Below are positions 56,126 to 64,000 of a stretch of DNA of 64,000 bases, piece after piece. This DNA is from Macrostomum lignano (Eukaryota). A program made the translations under genes and the position numbers. Within the stretch, counting starts at the first letter, position 1; every line of letters begins with the position of its first letter. The notes beneath the pieces were generated by a model. It was not told the DNA's origin. It saw nothing but the letters and a program-made list of their open reading frames with translations, and did not search any database. The stretch is taken from assembly GCA_002269645.1 (NCBI GenBank), contig NIVC01001987.1, positions 1 through 64,000 of the forward strand. The letters run 5' to 3'.

Positions 56126-59100
56126 ATGGTGAAGCAGACAATCCAAATCTTCTGCCGGCTGAAGCCGCCCTCCTCCAAGGCCCGGCTCAGCAACTACGAT
56201 GTCGACTCTGACGCCGAGGGCAAGCCCCGCATCAGCTTCGTGTGCCCGCGCGAGCTCACAGACGGCTCGGTGAACAACAAGAAGGAACAGTTCAAGTTCC
56301 GCTTCGAGCGGGTGTTTGCCACCGACTGCCGACAGGAGGACGTGTTCGAGCACGTGGCCCGGCCCGTCATCAACAATGTGCTGAGCGGCTACAATGGCAC
56401 CATCTTTGCCTACGGACAGACCGGCAGCGGCAAGACCTTCACCGTGACTGGCGGGGCCGAGCGCTACGCTGACCGGGGCATCATCCCGAGAACTCTGTCC
56501 TACATATTCGCCTACTTCGAGCAGCGTCCCGAGTTCGAGTTCAGCCTGGGCGTCTCCTACCTGGAGATTTACAATGAGAACGGCTACGACCTGCTTGACC
56601 CGAAGCATGAGGCTGCCCGCTTGGAAGACCTGCCCAAGGTCACGCTGTTTGAGGATGCCGGCCAGCAGATCCACCTCAAGAACCTGTCGGTGCACCCGGC
56701 CGCCAGCGAGGAGGACGCCCTCAACCTGCTGTTTGTAGGCGACACGAACCGCATGATTGCAGAGACGCCCATGAACCAGGCATCCACCCGCTCCCACTGC
56801 ATTTTCACCGCCCACCTCACTGTGAAGGAGGTCGGCTCCGCCACAGTGCGCCGCGCCAAACTGCACCTGGTTGACCTGGCCGGAAGCGAGCGGGTCAGCA
56901 AAACTGGCGTCAATGGGCTCCTGCTCACTGAGGCCAAGTACATCAATTTGTCCCTGCACTACCTGGAGCAGGTAAGCCTGATGATTTAATAATAAGAGTT
57001 CAACAATATTTTTACCGCATTGAAGTTTCCGACAAGGTTCTAAGAATCGAGTGCTTGCTATTTCAGTAAGGCCTAGTTGAGCTGAGGATTGAACTAGATA
57101 TTTCCGATATTCTCACTCCAGTTTGCTGAAAAATCGGGCGGAAAATCCTTTGTATTCCTGCTGTTTAAAAACATCAGGAAAATTTTTATCCTGCCAATCC
57201 TGCAGGTAATCGTCGCCCTGTCCGAGCGGTCCCGAAGCCACGTGCCCTACCGCAACTCCATGATGACCTCGGTGTTGCGGGACAGTCTGGGTGGCAACTG
57301 CATGACAACCATGATCGCCACTCTGTCAGTGGAGTCGGCCAACCTGGGCGAGACCATCTCAACCTGCCGTTTTGCCCAGCGAGTTGCGCTCATCAAGAAC
57401 GATGCGGTGCTCAACGAGGAGCTGGACCCCAGCCTGCTGATCTCCCGCCTGCGCTCCGAGGTGGCCCAGCTGAAGGCGGAGATCGCCGCTCTCACTGGCG
57501 AGCAGCGGGACGACGAACTGACCGAGGAGGAGCTCCAAATGTGCCGCACCGCCGTCGACGCCTTCCTGGCCGACGCCAATGCCAGCCCGCTGGCCAGCGT
57601 TGGATTCGACGGCCGCAAGCTGGGCCAGTGCTTCCGCCTCATCCGGGATGCGGCCAAGGCGGGTGCGACCCCCGCCGAACCGGCACCCCCGCAGCAGATC
57701 GTCACCATCGCGCCGGAGCCGCTGGCCACCAAGGAGGTGCGTGAACTGCGCGAGACCATCAGCCAGCGGGACAACGAAATCGTCATCCTTGTCGGCATGC
57801 TCAAGCAGGAGAAGCGGCGGGCCGCCGAGGCCTCCGTCATGCTGCAGCAGATGGCCGAGTCTCCGGGGGCCAATGTGAGACAGTAATGTTTATTATGTCC
57901 CTTTTTAGATATTCCCCTATTATTTGAAAATCTCGCTAACTCCGAATCCCTCATTCGCCTCTGCGGGCTGCCAATCTGCAGCTGGACCAGTCGCCCAAGA
58001 AGTTCAACCGCACCTTCTCCAAGCCGGCCGATACTGCGGCATCGATGTCCCACTCAGCCTGCTTGCCTTCGGTCGCAGCCCAGCCTCAGCGGCAGCAGCC
58101 GCCGACACTGCATCAGCCGACTGAGTCCACAGGCGGCGAGTCCGACCGGCTGAGCCAGCAGCTGGAGCAGTCAGCCAAGGCTCGAATCCTGGGCGGGCAG
58201 CTGTCGCTGGGCCGGCAGGAGGCGTTCGAGCTGTTCAAGCGGGACTACGCCGGCAACCCGGAGATCGAGCGGCACAAGCAGGGGCTGCGGGACAACTATG
58301 GCCTGGCTAAGCAGCTGGGCGCCAGCGTCAACGAGTCCCGCCAGGCCATCGAGCGGCTCAAGGCCGGCCTCGAACGGGCGCGGCTGCGGCGGGCGCTCGG
58401 CAGCGAATCCGACAGCAGCGAGGAGGCAGCTCTACGGGCGGACATGGAGCAGAGCAAGGCGGAGTATCGGGACAGCTTCCAGCGGCTCAAATCCTTGAAG
58501 GCGGAGATCGAGCACCAGCAGCACCAGCTGGAGATGCTCAAGGTGCGCCTGGTCAAGGACTTTGAAGCCTGGTGGGCCGAGCAGAGTAGCGCCAACGCCG
58601 CAGCCGCCGCAGCCACCACCGCCGCTTGGCCAACACCTCCAGGCAGCGCTGGTGGCCGGGCGGTTGCGGCAAGCAGCGGCAGCCGCCCGCCAAGCGGCGC
58701 GGGCAGCCGGCCGGGCAAGCAGCGGACAGGATCTACTGGCGATGCAGCTGCGGGAATTCAGCTGACTGGTGAGGCTTTGGGGCACCGAAGTATGCTCAGC
58801 CTTGATAGTCGAAAAGGGAGCATTTTGTCTATACGGTGACTTGCTTGTAAATTGCATATAAAGCTCTAAATTGGCCAGCTATATGCATGGGGACAATTGA
58901 ATGGATATGTGTACATCCACCTGTGCTATTATTGTTGCTGTTCTGTGATCAGCGATGCCATGACAACTCTCGGCAGGAAATGCTCTGTTGAACTTCGAGC
59001 TGCCGACCATCCGGCATCCTAAAGTTAGGGATGGGTGACTCCAGCCTGTTTAGCCTCGTACTAACCGCGGCCAAGTCTGCTTAACAGTGCATTAGCGCCT

Positions 59101-59196
59101 CACCCGCCAATTTCAGGCGACAAGGAGACGGACGCGGAAATCATGGCCTTCATGCGGGCCAGGCAGAACCTGCTGAAACAGTCGCAGAGGCACTGA
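56126..59196 (+). CDS. KIF6: Kinesin-9 family motor KIF6 (~793 aa)
   Basis: Exons 56126-56971, 57206-57874, 57982-58768, 59117-59196. MVKQTIQIF start, GQTGSGKT P-loop, STRSH, DLAGSER, HVPYRNS, and a C-terminal TGDKETDAEIMAFMRARQ characteristic of KIF6. Confidence 0.93.
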
Positions 59197-59819
59197 GGCC
59201 TGTCAATTATCCAGCTGTGCAGTCTGCAGTTATAGATTAATGCACCGAATCCGTCCATCCAGTTTTATATTCTGATGATCGCGCGATTGATTTTTGGCTT
59301 TACTTTATATTCCTTTTTTGTCGCACAATTTTGTCAGTTCGCAAGTCTTAGTTTGTGATTTGCGAAGCCTTGAATTGAATTTTGCATTCCTCTTGCTGAC
59401 TCTTCCGTTCTGGAAGCTGGCCTAGCTCATTCCCAGCCTTATAGTTTAGTAATATTAATGATACGTGTAATTATTGCGTTCGTTTTATCATTTCTGTTTT
59501 CTTATTTATTGTACAGAGAGGCCTTTTTAACTGTATAAACTTGCTGCCTTATTATTGAAATTGTTTCCGATTTTTATGGGTGATTTTTTATGCAACCAAG
59601 TTGCTTCGCCTTATCAGAGCAAGGGTGTAATAAGTAATGAGCAGTTTTTAGCTAATTGCAATATTTCCTGCATCTTTTTGTTTTTTGATGACGTTTTCAT
59701 TCTTTGGGCTAGGCTAAGAATGCATTGCTATAAGGTTAGTGAGCAATGTAGTGGGAAGCGGGCCGTTTGTGGAGGGAAATGGTATCTTTATAGAGAATCA
59801 AGGTTTCTCGGATGGAAGC

Positions 59820-62290
59820 GAAGGAGGCGGGTTCTCTGAAGGAGGCGGGCTCTCTGAAGGAGGCGGGCTCTCTGAAGGAGGCGGGCTCTCTGAAGGAGGC
59901 GGGCTCTCTGAAGGAGGCGGGCTCTCTGAAGGAGGCGGGCTCTCTGAAGGAGGCGGGCTCTCTGAAGGAGGCGGGCTCTCTGAAGGAGGCGGGCTCTCTG
60001 AAGGAGGCGGGCTCTCTGAAGGAGGCGGGTTCTCTGAAGGAGGCGGGCTCTCTGAAGGAGGCGGGTTCTCTGAAGGAGGCGGGCTCTCTGAAGGAGGCGG
60101 GCTCTCTGAAGGAGGCGGGCTCTCTGAAGGAGGCGTGTTCTCTGAAGGAGGCGGGCTCTCTGAAGGAGGCGTGTTCTCTGAAGGAGGCGAGCTCTCTGAA
60201 GGAGGCGGGCTCTCTGAAGGAGGCGGGCTCTCTGAAGGAGGCGAGCTCTCTGAAGGAGGCGGGTTCTCTGAAGGAGGCGGGCTCTCTGAAGGAGGCGGGC
60301 TCTCTGAAGAAGGTGGGCTCTCTGAAGGAGGCGGGCTCTCTGAAGGAGGCGGGCTCTCTGAAGGAGGCGGGCTCTCTGAAGGAGGCGAGCTCTCTGAAGG
60401 AGGCGGGTTCTCTGAAGGAGGCGGGCTCTCTGAAGGAGGCGGGCTCTCTGAAGAAGGTGGGCTCTCTGAAGGAGGCGGGCTCTCTGAAGGAGGCGGGCTC
60501 TCTGAAGGAGGCGGGCTCTCTGAAGGAGGCGGGCTCTCTGAAGGTGGGCTCTCTGAAGGAGGCGGGTTCTCTGAAGGAGGCGAGCTCTCTGAAGGAGGCG
60601 GGCTCTCTGAAGGAGGCGGGCTCTCTGAAGAAGGTGGGCTCTCTGAAGGAGGCGGGCTCTCTGAAGGAGGCGGGCTCTCTGAAGGAGGCGGGCTCTCTGA
60701 AGGAGGCGGGCTCTCTGAAGGAGGCGGGCTCTCTGAAGGAGGCGGGCTCTCTGAAGGAGGCGGGTTCTCTGAAGGAGGCGGGCTCTCTGAAGGAGGCGGG
60801 TTCTCTGAAGGAGGCGGGCTCTCTGAAGGAGGCGGGCTCTCTGAAGGAGGCGGGCTCTCTGAAGGAGGCGTGTTCTCTGAAGGAGGCGGGCTCTCTGAAG
60901 GAGGCGTGTTCTCTGAAGGAGGCGAGCTCTCTGAAGGAGGCGGGCTCTCTGAAGGAGGCGGGCTCTCTGAAGGAGGCGAGCTCTCTGAAGGAGGCGGGTT
61001 CTCTGAAGGAGGCGGGCTCTCTGAAGGAGGCGGGCTCTCTGAAGAAGGTGGGCTCTCTGAAGGAGGCGGGCTCTCTGAAGGAGGCGGGCTCTCTGAAGGA
61101 GGCGGGCTCTCTGAAGGAGGCGAGCTCTCTGAAGGAGGCGGGTTCTCTGAAGGAGGCGGGCTCTCTGAAGGAGGCGGGCTCTCTGAAGAAGGTGGGCTCT
61201 CTGAAGGAGGCGGGCTCTCTGAAGGAGGCGGGCTCTCTGAAGGAGGCGGGCTCTCTGAAGGAGGCGGGCTCTCTGAAGGTGGGCTCTCTGAAGGAGGCGG
61301 GTTCTCTGAAGGAGGCGAGCTCTCTGAAGGAGGCGGGCTCTCTGAAGGAGGCGGGCTCTCTGAAGAAGGTGGGCTCTCTGAAGGAGGCGGGCTCTCTGAA
61401 GGAGGCGGGCTCTCTGAAGGAGGCGGGCTCTCTGAAGGAGGCGAGCTCTCTGAAGGAGGCGGGTTCTCTGAAGGAGGCGGGCTCTCTGAAGGAGGCGGGC
61501 TCTCTGAAGAAGGTGGGCTCTCTGAAGGAGGCGGGCTCTCTGAAGGAGGCGGGCTCTCTGAAGAAGGCGGGCTCTCTGAAGGAGGCGGGCTCTCTGAAGG
61601 TGGGCTCTCTGAAGGAGGCGGGTTCTCTGAAGGAGGCGAGCTCTCTGAAGGAGGCGGGCTCTCTGAAGGAGGCGAGCTCTCTGAAGGAGGCGAGCTCTCT
61701 GAAGGAGGCGGGCTCTCTGAAGGAGGCGGGCTCTCTGAAGGAGGCGGGCTCTCTGAAGGAGGCAGGCTCTCTGAAGGAGGCGAGCTCTCTGAAGGAGGCG
61801 GGCTCTCTGAAGGAGGCGAGCTCTCTAAAGAAAATGGGCTCTCTGAAGGAGGCGGGCTCTCTGAAGGAGGCGGGCTCTCTGAAGAAGGTGGGCTCTCTGA
61901 AGGAGGCGGGCTCTCTGAAGGAGGCGGGCTCTCTGAAGGAGGCGGGCTCTCTGAAGGAGGCGGGCTCTCTGGAGATGGGCTCTCTGGAGGCGGGCTCTCT
62001 GAAGGAGGCGGGCTCTCTGAAGGAGGCGAGCTCTCTAAAGAAAATGGGCTCTCTGAAGGAGGCGGGCTCTCTGAAGGAGGCGGGCTCTCTGAAGAAGGTG
62101 GGCTCTCTGAAGGAGGCGGGCTCTCTGAAGGAGGCGGGCTCTCTGAAGGAGGCGGGCTCTCTGAAGGAGGCGGGCTCTCTGAAGGAGGCGGGCTCTCTGG
62201 AGATGGGCTCTCTGAAGGAGGCGGGCTCTCTGAAGGAGGCGGGCCCTCTGAAGGAGGCGGGCTCTCTGAAGGAGGCGAGCTCTCTGAAGT
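59820..62290. repeat. 18-bp VNTR (GAAGGAGGCGGGCTCTCT), ~137 units
   Basis: Direct reading; variant pattern repeats at a 735-bp period (GCGTGTTC at 60133 and 60868). Confidence 0.97.
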
Positions 62291-62409
62291 AAGGTGGGCT
62301 CTCTGTGGCGACTGGCTCCATAAAGTGGCCAGCGGGAATTTTGTGCATTATAGGGCCAACTGCTTTGTCTCACCCGCATCTATCGCAGCTCTGCCAGCCC
62401 AGCTACAAA

Positions 62410-63796
62410 ATGCCCAGCCACCAGCTGTTACTCCAGTTGATGAAGCGGCCCAGTCTGCTGCTGCAGGCCAGTCGGGGTCTGTCAGCTGCCGCTGCTGGTG
62501 GCACCCGCACCGTCACGCTGATTCCAGGTGACGGAATCGGGCCCGAGATCTCCAACTCTGTTAAGAAGATTTTCGCTGCTGCCAAGGTGAGAAGCAGATA
62601 GAGAAAGGGCAATAGAAATATTTTCTTTGTCGTTTTTCTTGTGCACCCTGTGCCTGTGTTTGCCTGAAGTTATCTTTAATTCGCATCGTTGGAGCACACG
62701 AATCGGACATGCCGCCCTCCTCCCCGCAGGTGCCAATCGTCTGGGACGAGGTCGATGTAACGCCGGTGAAGGGCCCGGACGGACAGTTCCGAATTCCGCA
62801 GAAGGCCATCGACTCGGTGAACAAGCACGGCATCGGGCTGAAGGGTCCCCTGGCCACGCCTGTGGGCAAGGGCCACCGCTCCCTCAACCTGGCGCTGCGC
62901 AAGGAGTTCAACCTGTACGCCAACGTGCGGCCCTGCCGCTCGCTGGAGGGCTACCCCACCCCCTACAAGAACGTCGACCTGGTGACCATCAGGGAGAACA
63001 CCGAGGGCGAGTACTCCGGCATCGAGCACATCATCGTTGACGGCGTGGTGCAGAGCATCAAGCTCATAACGGAGACGGCCTCGCGCCGCGTGGCCAAGTT
63101 CGCCTTTGAGTTCGCGCTCCGCGAAGGCCGCCGCAAGGTGACGGCGGTGCACAAGGCCAACATCATGCGGCTCAGCGACGGCCTGTTTTTGAAGTGCTGC
63201 CGCGAGGAGGCGCACAAGCATCCCGGGGTTGAGTTTGCCGAGGCCTACCTGGACACCGTCTGCCTCAACATGGTGCAGGTGAGGTCATGGGTTTTCTTCA
63301 TGGGTATTCCTGCTGTTGCTTAATAGGTATGGGTTTTATTGCTTATGCACGAGTATGCCGAGGGTCCTACACCTGGTTCTGCTGCTGCTAGTGAACCCAA
63401 TGCCTTCAACATTGAACCGGAACCCCGCAGGACCCGACCCAGTTCGACGTTCTGGTAATGCCCAATCTGTACGGCGACATCCTCAGCGACCTGTGCGCCG
63501 GCCTGGTGGGCGGCCTCGGCGTCACCCCCAGCGGCAACATCGGGGAAAGCGGCGCCATCTTCGAGTCTGTCCACGGCACTGCGCCTGACATCGCGGGCAA
63601 GGACCTGGCCAACCCCACTGCCCTGCTGCTGTCAGGCGTCATGATGCTCCGCCACATGCAGCTGGGCGAGTTCGCCGACCGCATCGAGAAGGCCTGTCTG
63701 GACAGCATTGGTGACGGGCGCGCCCGCACCAAGGATCTGGGCGGCGGCGCCACCTGCTCCCAGTTCACCGACACCATCTGCTCCAGGGTGGCCTGA
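62410..63796 (+). CDS. IDH3A: NAD-dependent isocitrate dehydrogenase 3 alpha subunit, mitochondrial (~363 aa)
   Basis: Exons 62410-62586, 62730-63278, 63431-63796. Basic transit peptide, [55 protein letters not shown]. Confidence 0.95.
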
Positions 63797-64000
63797 GGCA
63801 CCGGCGATTTGAGTGTTTCGGGGGAGCGGCTTCGACTGTGGCTGGGCAGCTGTGGGACTGTGGGCTCGAATTCATGCGTTTGACACCTCACATAGCGATA
63901 GAGTCTTTGTATATTTGCTCTACTTTTGCTTTTATGTGGGATTTTGTGTGAAGCCTGTTTTGATTTTTATTTTGCTGCGATATAAACTCGCATTGGGGCT

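Noticed and set aside
52732-58857. Numerous antisense and alternate-frame ORFs over TMEM168 and KIF6
   Set aside because: Shadow ORFs expected from high-GC coding sequence.
59736-62531. 870-930-aa ORFs across the 18-bp array as annotated genes
   Set aside because: Openness follows from a stop-free repeat unit with length divisible by 3; no independent coding evidence. Kept only as a finding.

Overview
Eukaryotic (metazoan) genomic DNA. GC-rich exons with few GT-AG introns sit among AT-rich, minisatellite-laden repeats; this style resembles the free-living flatworm Macrostomum (inference, not verifiable here). Layout: (1) 1-5670 is the right end of a Polinton/Maverick-type endogenous DNA virus. 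It ends in ...TACTACT, has a 70-bp tandem array in the presumed TIR and several small minus-strand genes with duplicated TATA cassettes; one cassette leads into a 272-nt imperfect hairpin. (2) 5.9-6.8 kb is a frameshifted, signal-peptide-like ankyrin gene. (3) 10.5-28.1 kb is a nest of transposons. A 7.2-kb Mutator element (9-bp TSD, intact PHD-FLYWCH-DDE transposase) sits inside a 0.5-kb MITE. A Gypsy-like LTR element with tRNA-Leu PBS, Gag and protease but no RT/RNase H/integrase, carrying two divergent accessory genes, sits inside a hAT element that interrupts a 172-bp palindromic MITE. (4) 28-32 kb is satellites and interstitial (CCCTAA)n. (5) 34.7-39.9 kb is a 4-exon KIM-family tyrosine phosphatase (PTPRR/PTPN5/PTPN7-like). 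(6) 42-52 kb is a strongly CpG-depleted block of decayed Gypsy and Buster-type hAT elements. (7) 53.2-63.8 kb holds TMEM168, KIF6 and IDH3A on the + strand, with a 2.5-kb 18-bp VNTR just upstream of IDH3A. All assignments come from motif recognition and manual alignment; no database search was run.
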